Positions 21,990 to 30,982 of a stretch of 30,982 nucleotides of DNA are shown one piece after another. A program made the translations under genes and the position numbers. The DNA is from Elusimicrobiota bacterium (GTDB taxonomy: Bacteria > Elusimicrobiota > Elusimicrobia > F11), in NCBI GenBank assembly GCA_046153645.1, contig JBJXGI010000005.1, positions 1 through 30,982 of the forward strand. The letters are read 5' to 3'. Below the pieces are notes generated by a model. The model was not told the origin of the DNA, did no database searches, and saw only the letters and a list, made by a program, of their open reading frames with translations. Position 1 is the first letter of the stretch; each line of letters starts with the position of its first letter.

Positions 21990-22336
21990 TGAAGTCCGTT
22001 GCTCAAAGATTTGAATTCAGAAAACTTCGCGTTAGGAAAAAAATATTTGGTACTGCTGAACGACCGCGTGTTTCTGTTTTTCGTAGTTTAAAAAATATTC
22101 ATGCGCAGATAATCGATGATGTAAAAGGTGTAACTCTTCTTTCAGTTTCAAGCCTTCAAAAAGGTTTCGAAAATGGGAATGGAGTTAAAAAAGCTAATTT
22201 AGTTGGTCAAGCGCTCGCTAAAAAAGCTTTAGAAAAAGGAATTGAAAAAGTTGTTTTTGATCGTGGCGGTCGTGTGTATCACGGACGAGTGAAAGCTTTG
22301 GCCGATGGTGCTCGAGAAGCTGGTTTAAAATTTTAA
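21989..22336 (+). CDS. rplR: 50S ribosomal protein L18
   Basis: RPRVSVFRS and [28 protein letters not shown]. Confidence 0.99.
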   Translation: MKSVAQRFEFRKLRVRKKIFGTAERPRVSVFRSLKNIHAQIIDDVKGVTLLSVSSLQKGFENGNGVKKANLVGQALAKKALEKGIEKVVFDRGGRVYHGRVKALADGAREAGLKF

Positions 22337-22354
22337 TTTTAGAAGGTAAATTGG

Positions 22355-22885
22355 ATGAATAAAATTGACACAACAAATATGACATTGACTGAAATCGTAA
22401 TTAAGGTTGGCCGCGTCGCAAAAGTTGTTAAGGGTGGAAAAAGGTTTTCTTTTAATGCCTTGGTTGTTGTCGGCGATGGCGCAGGGCATGTTGGAGTCGG
22501 ATTGGGCAAAGCAAAAGAAGTTCAATCTGCGATCAAAAAAGGTTCATCACAAGCAGCAAAAGAATTATTTAAAGTTCCTCTTGTGGGACAGACAATTCCG
22601 CATGAATCAGTTGGAAAGTTTGGGGCAGGTGCTATTTTATTAAAGCCCGCAGCTCCTGGAACAGGTGTTATTGCTGGCGGATCTGCCCGTGCTGTTTTAG
22701 AAGCCGCTGGTGTAAAAGATGTTTTGACGAAATGTCTTGGTAGTCGGAATCATTTTAACGTCGTATATGCAACGGTTAGTGGTTTACAAGCTCTTAAAAC
22801 TGCGGAAGAAATCTCGCGTTTAAGAGGAAAAACAATTGAGCTCGATCGAAAATTTGGAGATTCCCATGTGGTTACACAAAATTAA
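22355..22885 (+). CDS. rpsE: 30S ribosomal protein S5
   Basis: [14 protein letters not shown] and [12 protein letters not shown]. Confidence 0.99.
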   Translation: MNKIDTTNMTLTEIVIKVGRVAKVVKGGKRFSFNALVVVGDGAGHVGVGLGKAKEVQSAIKKGSSQAAKELFKVPLVGQTIPHESVGKFGAGAILLKPAAPGTGVIAGGSARAVLEAAGVKDVLTKCLGSRNHFNVVYATVSGLQALKTAEEISRLRGKTIELDRKFGDSHVVTQN

Positions 22886-23309
22886 ACCTGCTCCTGGTTC
22901 TCGCACCCCTAGAAGAATTGTGGGTCGAGGAGAAGGAAGCACATTAGGTCAAACAGCTGGCAAAGGTCAGAAAGGTCAGTCAAGCCGAGCCGGTGACTCT
23001 GTTATGACTGGATTTGAAGGGGGACAAACTCCTTTAATTCGACGAATTCCTAAAAGAGGTTTTAATAACCCCAGACGCATTAATTATGCCGGAGTTGATG
23101 TGAAAGTTTTAGAAGTATTATTTAAATCCGGCGATGAAATTAATGGTCAAAACTTATTTCAGAAAGGTGTTTTAAAAAACCCTCATGTACCTTATAAGAT
23201 TCTTGGAAAATCCAAAATTACCAAATCATTTAAAGTTAATGGTGGGAAACTATCTCAGTCGGCTCAGAAAGTCATTCAAGATGCCGGCGGATCTATTGCT
23301 GAGAAATAA
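22866..23309 (+). CDS. rplO: 50S ribosomal protein L15 (start corrected to ATG 22866)
   Basis: [17 protein letters not shown] and [22 protein letters not shown] at 22856-22859. Confidence 0.98.
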   Translation: MWLHKIKPAPGSRTPRRIVGRGEGSTLGQTAGKGQKGQSSRAGDSVMTGFEGGQTPLIRRIPKRGFNNPRRINYAGVDVKVLEVLFKSGDEINGQNLFQKGVLKNPHVPYKILGKSKITKSFKVNGGKLSQSAQKVIQDAGGSIAEK

Positions 23310-23313
23310 TTAA

Positions 23314-24654
23314 ATGCTTCAGTCTTTTGCCGACCTTTTTAAAATTAAAGAATTAAGAGCCCGCATTCTTGTTGCTTTGGGCGTTGTTATTATTTATCGC
23401 CTTGGTGTTATTGTCCCCATTCCCGGCGTAAATGCGGATGCCATTGCTTTACTTTTTAAAGGACAGTCTAATAACCTTTTGGGATTTTTAAATATCTTCT
23501 CGGGTGGTGCTTTATCGAGGATGTCTATTTTCTCGATGGGTATTATGCCTTATATTAATGCTTCCATTATTATGAGTTTATTGCAGGGCGCTCATGTTAT
23601 TCCTTATTTGGATCAGCTAGCCAAAGAAGGAGAATCAGGAAGGAAGTCATTAAACCAAATCACTCGGTACTTAACTGTTATTTTGGGTATTATTCAATCT
23701 TTTGGTTTAACACAGCTTATTTCGAGGTTACCTCTTCCAGGGGATGTGCCGACTGTTTTGAATCCCGGTATTTCTTTTACTTTAATTACGATGGTAACCC
23801 TCGTTACTGGAACTGTATTTGTTATGTGGCTTGGTGAACAGATTACTGAGCATGGTATAGGAAATGGAGCATCGATTATTATTTTTACCGGAATTGTCGA
23901 AGGGATTCCTTCTTCTATCGTCAATTTATATAGAGATGTTTTCGACCTTCAACAGCGCAGCTTGTTCGGAATGATTTTTATTATTGCTTTTATTTTGGTT
24001 GTCATTGGATTGGTTGTTTGGCTTGAAACAGGTCAGCGTCGAATTCCAGTCCAATATGCCAAACGTGTTGTGGGGCGAAAAATGATGGGCGGTCAAAGTA
24101 CTTTTTTGCCTCTTAAAGTGAATCAATCTGGCGTTATTGCTGTTATTTTTGCGGTTTCCATTTTGTCCTTTCCTGTTACGATTGCGGCATTTTCTCCTCA
24201 ATCTGCATGGGCGCAGAGCATCAATAGATGGTTTAATGGCACTCAAATTTGGTATGAAGTTGTTTATGCTCTTTTGATTGTTTTCTTTTGTTACTTTTAT
24301 AATTCCGTATCATTCAACCCAAAAGACATTGCAGACAACCTAAAGAAATGGGGCGGTTTTGTGTTGGGTATTCGTCCTGGTGATCAAACAGCTACGTATT
24401 TAGAAAACGTGATGGAGCGAATCACTTTGGGTGGTGCTGTTGCTGTGGCGGCGTTGGCTGTTCTTCCCACTATTTTACAGCATCAGTTTAATGTGCCGTT
24501 TTTCTTTGGTGGAACTTCTATTCTTATTGTTGTCGGTGTGGCTTTAGATACCATGAGTCAATTAGAATCTCACCTGATCATGAAACATTATGATGGATTT
24601 ATGAAATCAGGTCGTGTTGAAGGGCGTAGTCGTGGACGCTGGTACGCTGCTTGA
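23314..24654 (+). CDS. secY: preprotein translocase subunit SecY
   Basis: Multiple TM segments; GIMPYINASII, WLGEQITEHGIGNG, GIRPG and GGTSILIVVGV. Confidence 0.99.
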   Translation: MLQSFADLFKIKELRARILVALGVVIIYRLGVIVPIPGVNADAIALLFKGQSNNLLGFLNIFSGGALSRMSIFSMGIMPYINASIIMSLLQGAHVIPYLDQLAKEGESGRKSLNQITRYLTVILGIIQSFGLTQLISRLPLPGDVPTVLNPGISFTLITMVTLVTGTVFVMWLGEQITEHGIGNGASIIIFTGIVEGIPSSIVNLYRDVFDLQQRSLFGMIFIIAFILVVIGLVVWLETGQRRIPVQYAKRVVGRKMMGGQSTFLPLKVNQSGVIAVIFAVSILSFPVTIAAFSPQSAWAQSINRWFNGTQIWYEVVYALLIVFFCYFYNSVSFNPKDIADNLKKWGGFVLGIRPGDQTATYLENVMERITLGGAVAVAALAVLPTILQHQFNVPFFFGGTSILIVVGVALDTMSQLESHLIMKHYDGFMKSGRVEGRSRGRWYAA

Positions 24655-25301
24655 ATATAATTTTTTTAGGTCCCCCTGGTTCTGGAAAGGGAACTCAAGC
24701 GAAGCAATTAGCGGAGAAAAAAGGTTTAACACACTTGTCCACTGGCGATTTGTTTCGAGAAAATATTTCAAAACAAACTGAATTAGGGAAAGAAATTAAA
24801 TCTTATGTCGACTCGGGAAGATTGGTGCCAGATGAATTGGTTTCCAAAGTGGTCTTTGAAAAAATTTGTGATAAAAGTCAGATTAATTCATTTCTTTTAG
24901 ATGGATATCCGAGAACGGTAGACCAAGCTAAGGCTCTAGATCTTTTTTTGACAAAAAACAATTTAGTTGTTGATGCTGTGATATTTTTTGATGTTGATTT
25001 TTCTGAATTAGTGAATCGATTATCCGCTCGAAGAACTTGCGCTAAATGTAAAGAAGTTTTTAATTTAATTAACAAGTCTCCTAAGAAAGAAAATATTTGT
25101 GATAGTTGTGGTGGAGAGTTGATTCAGCGTCCCGATGATAAAGCTGAAATTGTGCAAGATCGATTAAGAATTTATAAAAAACAAACAGAGCCGATTTTAG
25201 TGCACTATAAAAACTCTTCTGGGTTTATTCAGGTTAATGCTGGTCAAGGTATTGAAAAAGTTTATCAAGATATTGATTATGCGTTATCTGTTTTAAAATG
25301 A
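24651..25301 (+). CDS. adk: adenylate kinase (TTG start overlapping secY stop)
   Basis: GPPGSGKGTQ, HLSTGD and LLDGYPR; LID CAKC...CDSC. Confidence 0.98.
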   Translation: MNIIFLGPPGSGKGTQAKQLAEKKGLTHLSTGDLFRENISKQTELGKEIKSYVDSGRLVPDELVSKVVFEKICDKSQINSFLLDGYPRTVDQAKALDLFLTKNNLVVDAVIFFDVDFSELVNRLSARRTCAKCKEVFNLINKSPKKENICDSCGGELIQRPDDKAEIVQDRLRIYKKQTEPILVHYKNSSGFIQVNAGQGIEKVYQDIDYALSVLK

Positions 25302-25310
25302 TTTTTATCA

Positions 25311-26087
25311 ATGAATTTAGTTTCAAGAAAGCCAGGCGTTGAGTTAAAAACAGCAGCAGAAGTTTCATTGATGCGTAAAGCTGGTGAGTTGGCCGGTCTT
25401 ACTTTAAAAGAAGTAGAAAAACACATCGCGGCTGGAGTTTCAACTCAAGATTTAGATAAGGTTGCAGAAATTTTTATAAAGAAAAATGGTGGGATTCCTA
25501 CTTTTATTGGTTATCGTGGTTATCCCGCTACTTTATGTGTTTCCATTAATCAAGAGGTTGTACACGGAATCCCAAACTCACGAACGATTATCAAAGAGGG
25601 CGATGTTGTTAGTGTAGATGTGGCAGCTACTGTTGATGGTTTTGTTGGAGATACTGCTTTTACGAAAATTGTTGGTCATGCCAGTTCTAAGGATCAAAAG
25701 CTAGTAGATGTGACAAAAGCTTCTTTGGATGCTGCCATTGCGGTGTGTCAACCAGGAATGAGATTGGGAGACATTGGTTTTGCCGTTCAAACAGTTGCTG
25801 AAGCCGCTGGTTTTGGAGTCGTTAGAGATTTTGTTGGTCATGGAATTGGGCGAAAAATGCATGAAGAGCCTGCTGTCCCCAATTATGGTAAACCCGGAAC
25901 AGGTCTGAGACTAGAAATCGGAATGGTTATAGCGATAGAGCCGATGGTCACTTCCGGTTCTTGGAAAGTTAAAGTGCTGAAAGATGGTTGGACAGTGGTT
26001 ACTGAAGATGGATCAAATGCCGCACATTTTGAGCATACTGTGGCCATAACAGATAAAGGTCCTATTGTTTTAACACAGGTGGTTTAA
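25311..26087 (+). CDS. map: methionine aminopeptidase, type I
   Basis: [23 protein letters not shown] and AAHFEHT. Confidence 0.98.
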   Translation: MNLVSRKPGVELKTAAEVSLMRKAGELAGLTLKEVEKHIAAGVSTQDLDKVAEIFIKKNGGIPTFIGYRGYPATLCVSINQEVVHGIPNSRTIIKEGDVVSVDVAATVDGFVGDTAFTKIVGHASSKDQKLVDVTKASLDAAIAVCQPGMRLGDIGFAVQTVAEAAGFGVVRDFVGHGIGRKMHEEPAVPNYGKPGTGLRLEIGMVIAIEPMVTSGSWKVKVLKDGWTVVTEDGSNAAHFEHTVAITDKGPIVLTQVV

Positions 26088-26305
26088 TGGCTAAAGAAGA
26101 AAAAATAGAAGTAGAAGGCACGATTTTGGAAGCACTGCCCAATGCGATGTTTAAAGTAGAGATGGAAGGCGGGCATAAAGTTTTGGCGCATATTTCAGGA
26201 AAAATGAGAATGCATTACATTAAAATTCTTCCTGGTGATAAGGTGAGAGTTGAGCTTTCCCCTTATGATTTGACGAGAGGAAGAATTACGTACAGAGAAA
26301 AGTAA
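26087..26305 (+). CDS. infA: translation initiation factor IF-1
   Basis: [15 protein letters not shown] and [15 protein letters not shown]. Confidence 0.99.
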   Translation: MAKEEKIEVEGTILEALPNAMFKVEMEGGHKVLAHISGKMRMHYIKILPGDKVRVELSPYDLTRGRITYREK

Positions 26306-26332
26306 GTTTAATATAGAAGTTCGGAGGCTGCT

Positions 26333-26446
26333 TTGAAAGTGAGAGCATCAGTAAAACGTTTGTGCGATAAGTGCAAAGTAATAAAAAGAAAAGGTCGTGT
26401 TTATATTGTCTGTGAAAGCAGTCGACATAAACAACGACAAGGATAA
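26333..26446 (+). CDS. rpmJ: 50S ribosomal protein L36 (37 aa, TTG start; not in the ORF track)
   Basis: Manual translation [42 protein letters not shown] at 26323-26327. Confidence 0.98.
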   Translation: MKVRASVKRLCDKCKVIKRKGRVYIVCESSRHKQRQG

Positions 26447-26456
26447 GGGGTACCAC

Positions 26457-26831
26457 ATGGCCAGAATTTCAGGCGTCGATTTGCCAAAAGCAAAAAGAGT
26501 AGATATTGCTCTTCGTTATATTTATGGTATTGGTCCTTTGCGGGCAAATAAAATTTTAGAGATTACCGGAATAAACCCCGCAACTCGCGTAAAAGATTTA
26601 ACCGAATCAGATATATCTAAAATCACTGGTGAAATTACCAAGTCTTACCGTGTTGAAGGTGATTTAAAGCGTGAAGTTCAAGCCAATATTCGCCATTTAA
26701 TTGAAATTAATTCGTACCGAGGATTTCGTCACCGAAGAAATCTTCCCGTCCATGGACAGAGGACAAAAACCAATGCCCGTACAAGACGCGGACGACGTCG
26801 AACAGTTGGTTCATCTAAGGCAGGAGAATAA
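26457..26831 (+). CDS. rpsM: 30S ribosomal protein S13 (start corrected to ATG 26457)
   Basis: [15 protein letters not shown] and [15 protein letters not shown]. Confidence 0.99.
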   Translation: MARISGVDLPKAKRVDIALRYIYGIGPLRANKILEITGINPATRVKDLTESDISKITGEITKSYRVEGDLKREVQANIRHLIEINSYRGFRHRRNLPVHGQRTKTNARTRRGRRRTVGSSKAGE

Positions 26832-26834
26832 AAG

Positions 26835-27308
26835 ATGGAAGAAAATAAAGAAAACAAAAAAGCAAAAGCTGCAGATGGCGCAAAATCAGAAGGCACAGAA
26901 AAGCCAGCAAAAGCAGCAAAACCTGCTGATCGGCCAGTTAAAAAGAAAAAAATTGTCCGTGATGTTTCAATGGCAAGAGCCTATGTTCAGTGTACTTTTA
27001 ATAACACAATTATTTCTATAACTGATACCTTTGGTGGAGTTATTTCTTGGGCATCAGCTGGCAGTGTTGGTTTTAAAGGAACAAAAAAAGGAACCCCTTT
27101 TGCCGCTCAGGTGACAGCAGATAGAGCTTCAATCAAGGCAAAAGAAGCAGGTGTTCGGCAAATTGTTGTTTATGTAAAAGGCCCTGGATCTGGTCGTGAA
27201 ACGGCTATTCGTTCTTTGCAAGCAGCTGGATTTACAGTGACTTTAATTCGTGATGTGACTCCCATTCCCCACAATGGTTGTCGTCCACCAAAACCACGAA
27301 GAGTATAA
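26835..27308 (+). CDS. rpsK: 30S ribosomal protein S11
   Basis: [21 protein letters not shown] and [18 protein letters not shown]. Confidence 0.99.
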   Translation: MEENKENKKAKAADGAKSEGTEKPAKAAKPADRPVKKKKIVRDVSMARAYVQCTFNNTIISITDTFGGVISWASAGSVGFKGTKKGTPFAAQVTADRASIKAKEAGVRQIVVYVKGPGSGRETAIRSLQAAGFTVTLIRDVTPIPHNGCRPPKPRRV

Positions 27309-27340
27309 AATTTTAGAATGATGTATCAGGAGGAATTACT

Positions 27341-28024
27341 TTGGCTCGTTATATAGGACCCGTTTGTAAATTATGTCGCCGAGAAGGCTCTAAACTTTTT
27401 TTAAAGGGAGATCGTTGTTTTACTAAGTGCCCCATCGACAAACCTACCGGTGCGGTTCCTCCTGGACAGCATGGGAAGATGAGATCAAAATTGACCGAAT
27501 ACGGTAAACGTTTGAGAGAGAAACAGAAAACAAAACGTATTGCTGGTCTTTTGGAAAGATCATTTTTTGGTTATTTTGAAAAGGCGCAACAAATGCCAGG
27601 TCAAACCGGTGAATCTCTATTGCGTTTATTGGAAATGAGATTGGATAATGTTGCTCGTCGTCTGGGTTTTGCTTCTTCAATGGCGGCTGCCCGTCAACTT
27701 GTTAGCCATGGACATATTGCCGTTAATGGAAAGCGTGTGACCACAGCGTCTTACGTGACAAAAGTAGGCGATAAACTAACGTTAACAGATAACCTGAAAA
27801 CCAATCTTCGAGTTCAGAAATCTTTGGCGGCGCAGATTCAAAGACAAATTCCTTCTTGGCTTGAATTAAATCCGGCCATTATTGATATGTTGGGACGTAG
27901 CAAAGATTTGCCAGTAGATTTAAAAGACTTGAAAATTGAAGGGCAAGTGAAAGTTTCGCCAATGAGAGATGAATTCTCATATCCCGTCAATGATCAGTAT
28001 ATTGTCGAACTGTATTCAAAATAA
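27341..28024 (+). CDS. rpsD: 30S ribosomal protein S4 (TTG start)
   Basis: MARYIGPVCKLCRREG, LEMRLDN, ARQLVSHGH and IVELYSK; SD AGGAGG upstream. Confidence 0.99.
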   Translation: MARYIGPVCKLCRREGSKLFLKGDRCFTKCPIDKPTGAVPPGQHGKMRSKLTEYGKRLREKQKTKRIAGLLERSFFGYFEKAQQMPGQTGESLLRLLEMRLDNVARRLGFASSMAAARQLVSHGHIAVNGKRVTTASYVTKVGDKLTLTDNLKTNLRVQKSLAAQIQRQIPSWLELNPAIIDMLGRSKDLPVDLKDLKIEGQVKVSPMRDEFSYPVNDQYIVELYSK

Positions 28025-28063
28025 AATATTTTCATATTCGGATAGTTTAAAGAGGAGTGATTT

Positions 28064-29044
28064 ATGATTACCCAGGGGCTAGTATTACCTCAAAGATTAG
28101 AAGTTGATAATTCAACATTAACAGAACAGTACGGACGTTTTGTAGCTGAACCTTTTGAAAAAGGATATGGTCATACAATTGGAAATTCTCTTCGCCGATT
28201 GTTGCTTTCTTCACTCGAAGGCGCCGCTGTTACTGCGGTTAGAGTAAAAGGAACAATGCATGAATTCACCAGTCTCAAGGGTGTTCGTGAAGATGTTATT
28301 CACATTATTCTCAATCTGAAACAATTGAGAGTGAAAATTTATAGTCAAGGAACTGAGACTCTTCGTCTTAAAGTTAAAAAATCAGGTGAAATCCATGCAA
28401 AAGATTTTGAACCAAATAATCAAGTCGAAATTCTTACCCCTGATTTAGTCATTGCAAACTTAGACGACGCTATTGAATTGGAAATGGAAGTTGAAGTTTC
28501 AAAAGGACGTGGATACGTTCCTGCCGAAAGACTTAAAAAAGATGGTCAGCCATTAGGAACAATTCCCGTTGATGCCCTTTTCTCTCCTGTTTCTCGGGTC
28601 CATTATGAAGTTGAAAATGCACGCGTAGGCCAAATGACAGACTATGATAAACTCATTCTTGAAATTTGGACTGACGGGAGTGTTACTCCTGGTGATGCAT
28701 TGGCCTTTTCAGCTAAGTTATTAAAAGATTCTCTTTCTACTTTCATTACATTTGATGAAAGCGAAGTTCCTCCCGTTCAGGCCGCAGTTAAAACTGAAGA
28801 AAATGCGAAAATGGAAGAGATGTATTCCCAGCCAGTTGATATTATTGAACTGTCTGTTCGCGCTTCGAATTGTTTGAAGGTTGCCAAAATTAAAACTGTT
28901 GGTGAGCTTATCAGCAAAACAGAAGAAGAACTTTTATCATATAGAAATTTTGGTAAAGTCTCTTTAGATGAAATCAAAAAACGGCTCAAAGAAATGGGCT
29001 TATCCCTGGGAATGGGAATTAAGCAAGAAACGACAGGAGTTTAA
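28064..29044 (+). CDS. rpoA: DNA-directed RNA polymerase alpha subunit
   Basis: EPFEKGYGHTIGNSLRRLLLSS, GRGYVPA and CTD ELSVRASNCL. Confidence 0.99.
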   Translation: MITQGLVLPQRLEVDNSTLTEQYGRFVAEPFEKGYGHTIGNSLRRLLLSSLEGAAVTAVRVKGTMHEFTSLKGVREDVIHIILNLKQLRVKIYSQGTETLRLKVKKSGEIHAKDFEPNNQVEILTPDLVIANLDDAIELEMEVEVSKGRGYVPAERLKKDGQPLGTIPVDALFSPVSRVHYEVENARVGQMTDYDKLILEIWTDGSVTPGDALAFSAKLLKDSLSTFITFDESEVPPVQAAVKTEENAKMEEMYSQPVDIIELSVRASNCLKVAKIKTVGELISKTEEELLSYRNFGKVSLDEIKKRLKEMGLSLGMGIKQETTGV

Positions 29045-29050
29045 AACTTT

Positions 29051-29404
29051 ATGGCTTTAACTGGTGCTGGAAGAAAATTAGGACGGAAAACAGGATTTCG
29101 AACACAAATGCTTCGAAGTCTTGCTACTGATTTAATTCGTTACGAACAAATACAGACAACATTTCCTAAAGCTAAAGAGTGTTCTCGTTTGGCGAATCAT
29201 TTGATTTCTGTCGCTAAAAAGGGTGACCTTAATGCTCATAAAGCGGTTGCTCGAGATATTCGTGATAATGAAATACGAAAAAAAATATTTGATGTGTTAG
29301 TAAAGCGTTATTCATCCAGGACAGGTGGATTTACAAGGATTTTTAGACTTGTAGCTCGTCAGGGCGATAATGCTCAAATGGCACTTATCAAATTAATTGC
29401 GTAA
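29051..29404 (+). CDS. rplQ: 50S ribosomal protein L17
   Basis: GRKLGR, IQTTFPKAKE, GGFTRI and RQGDNAQMA; follows rpoA. Confidence 0.97.
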   Translation: MALTGAGRKLGRKTGFRTQMLRSLATDLIRYEQIQTTFPKAKECSRLANHLISVAKKGDLNAHKAVARDIRDNEIRKKIFDVLVKRYSSRTGGFTRIFRLVARQGDNAQMALIKLIA

Positions 29405-29474
29405 TCTCGTTAAAAGAGTTATTAATATTAACCTGACCTGGCGTTTTAGATTGTTCGCCTAATTCGAGGTTTAG

Positions 29475-30515
29475 ATGTTTAATTATCTATTAGGGTTATT
29501 TTCCAATGATATGGGGATAGACCTTGGTACAGCCAACACATTAGTATATGTCAAAGGACAAGGAATTGTTCTTCGCGAGCCTAGTGTAGTTGCTATAGAT
29601 CGGAATACGAGAGAAGTTCTTGCCTTCGGATCTGAAGCCAAGCGGATGCTTGGTAAAACTCCTGCCAATATTCAAGCGGTTCGCCCTCTGCGTAATGGTG
29701 TTATTGCTGACTTTGAAGTGACTCAAGCAATGATTAAATATTTTATTCGAAAAGTTCATAATAGACGAAGTTTATTACACCCCAGAATTGTTATTGGAAT
29801 TCCATCGGGAATTACAGAAGTAGAAAAGCGTGCTGTCCGTGAAGCGGCTGAACAAGCTGGCGCTCGACAGACGGAGTTATTGGAAGAGCCAATGGCGGCT
29901 GCTATTGGTTCTGACTTACCTATTTCCGAACCACATGGAAATATGATTGTTGATATTGGCGGAGGCACCACTGAGGTTGCAGTTATTTCGCTATCTGGAA
30001 TGGTGGTTTCTAAATCAATTGATGTCGCCGGTGACGAAATGGATGAGGCTGTTGTTCAGTATTTTAGACGAAAATATAACCTCGTTATTGGTGAATCTAC
30101 TGCCGAACAAGTAAAAATTAAAATTGGAAGTGTGTTCCCGCTTCCCGAAGAAGAATCTCTTGAAGTAAAGGGCCGAGATCAAGTGACCGGTTTGCCCAGA
30201 ACGATAACGGTGACTTCTGAAGAAATTCGACAAGCGCTTGCTGAACCGGTTAAACTTATTGTTGATACTGTTAAAGAAGCTTTAGAAGAAACCCCTCCTG
30301 AATTGGCTGCGGATCTTGTGGATCGTGGTATTATGATGGCTGGTGGAGGCGCTTTATTAAGAGGATTTCCTGATTTGCTCGCGCAAGAAACGGACTTGCC
30401 TGTTCATGTGGCTGCGGATCCTCTAACGGCTGTTACTATTGGTTGTGGTCGTTATTTAGAAGAACTAGATAATATGAAAAGGCACCGGATTATTCTTTCT
30501 TCTTCACGTGGGTAA
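29475..30515 (+). CDS. mreB: rod shape-determining protein MreB
   Basis: [24 protein letters not shown] and DIGGGTTE; N-terminal amphipathic helix [12 protein letters not shown]. Confidence 0.99.
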   Translation: MFNYLLGLFSNDMGIDLGTANTLVYVKGQGIVLREPSVVAIDRNTREVLAFGSEAKRMLGKTPANIQAVRPLRNGVIADFEVTQAMIKYFIRKVHNRRSLLHPRIVIGIPSGITEVEKRAVREAAEQAGARQTELLEEPMAAAIGSDLPISEPHGNMIVDIGGGTTEVAVISLSGMVVSKSIDVAGDEMDEAVVQYFRRKYNLVIGESTAEQVKIKIGSVFPLPEEESLEVKGRDQVTGLPRTITVTSEEIRQALAEPVKLIVDTVKEALEETPPELAADLVDRGIMMAGGGALLRGFPDLLAQETDLPVHVAADPLTAVTIGCGRYLEELDNMKRHRIILSSSRG

Positions 30516-30577
30516 TATGTTATTAATTTTGAGAATAGAAAAATTTTTGTCAAAAATCTTTCCACTAAACAATTTGC

Positions 30578-30766
30578 ATGGTTTCTTGGCATGTGGAATC
30601 TTGGATTATTATTTCCTTGAGACAGCGAATTTTAAATACATTAACTACAGTCGACTCCTCCCGATATATTCACCCTGCGTTCGCATTTAAACGAATCTCT
30701 TTTTTTAGAGCCTCGTTTAATCGTCCGATCTCATTAAATTATTCATTGTTGAGTTTGTCGTTATGA
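30578..30766 (+). CDS. possible small hypothetical protein (62 aa)
   Basis: ATG start, and the stop overlaps the mreC start (ATGA). No SD and no recognisable family. Confidence 0.3.
   Translation: MVSWHVESWIIISLRQRILNTLTTVDSSRYIHPAFAFKRISFFRASFNRPISLNYSLLSLSL
30687..30720. other. inverted repeat / stem-loop upstream of mreC
   Basis: TTAAACGA (30687-30694) pairs perfectly with TCGTTTAA (30713-30720); inner CTCT/AGAG pair; T6 loop. Confidence 0.55.
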
Positions 30767-30982
30767 TGTCAGATTTTACACAACGACACCGTTCTTCTAT
30801 TCTTCTTATTGTTTTCCTCTCAATATCGCTTCTTTTTTTGGGGTTAAGGTTAACTCCTTTTATTCAAGGGATTAAGTATTCTATCTGGTATTTTTTATCT
30901 CCAAAAATTGTTTATTCAGGACGGTTTTTTAATAAGTTAGATGATCTTTCTGGTAGGTTTTTTCGTCTGGTGAGAGTTGAGG
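30763..30982 (+). CDS. mreC: probable rod shape-determining protein MreC, 5' part (runs off window)
   Basis: Open frame MMSDFTQRHRSSILLIVFLSISLLFLGLRLTPFIQGIKYSIWYFLSP...: basic patch, single TM helix, then amphipathic helix, just downstream of mreB. The call rests on synteny and architecture. Confidence 0.75.
   Translation, partial: MMSDFTQRHRSSILLIVFLSISLLFLGLRLTPFIQGIKYSIWYFLSPKIVYSGRFFNKLDDLSGRFFRLVRVE

Noticed and set aside
17398..27320. Recurring post-stop TAA(A)TTT(T)AG-like spacer motif as a repeat family
   Set aside because: It is short and variable, and is explained by AT-rich spacers ahead of SD sequences.
2723..30233. Numerous 60-150 aa antisense and alternate-frame ORFs within housekeeping genes
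   Set aside because: They are shadows of codon-biased genes with no SD or recognisable motifs.
30547..30575. Sigma70 promoter for mreC (TTGTCA...AACAAT)
   Set aside because: The spacing is 15 nt with a poor -10 in AT-rich sequence, so it is not supportable.

Overview
This window is a core, entirely plus-strand, AT-rich region of a diderm (Gram-negative-type) bacterium. Elusimicrobiota is my tentative guess, unverified. It starts inside 23S rRNA, then 5S rRNA and one non-housekeeping ORF, a predicted outer-membrane beta-barrel that resembles chlamydial MOMP porins. An unbroken superoperon follows: rplJ-rplL-rpoB-rpoC-rpsL-rpsG-fusA, then S10, spc, secY-adk-map-infA-rpmJ and alpha (rpsM-rpsK-rpsD-rpoA-rplQ), then mreB and a partial mreC. 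The main departures from the usual layout are these: an rRNA operon plus the porin-like gene stand where secE-nusG-rplK-rplA normally precede rplJ, tuf and rpmD are missing, and no intrinsic terminator is evident. The 23S has compensated base-pair flips near the peptidyl-transferase centre, and an unexplained ~250-bp segment lies between mreB and mreC. I found no mobile element, CRISPR array, tRNA or multi-gene accessory system. The best novelty candidate is the MOMP-like gene and its location.
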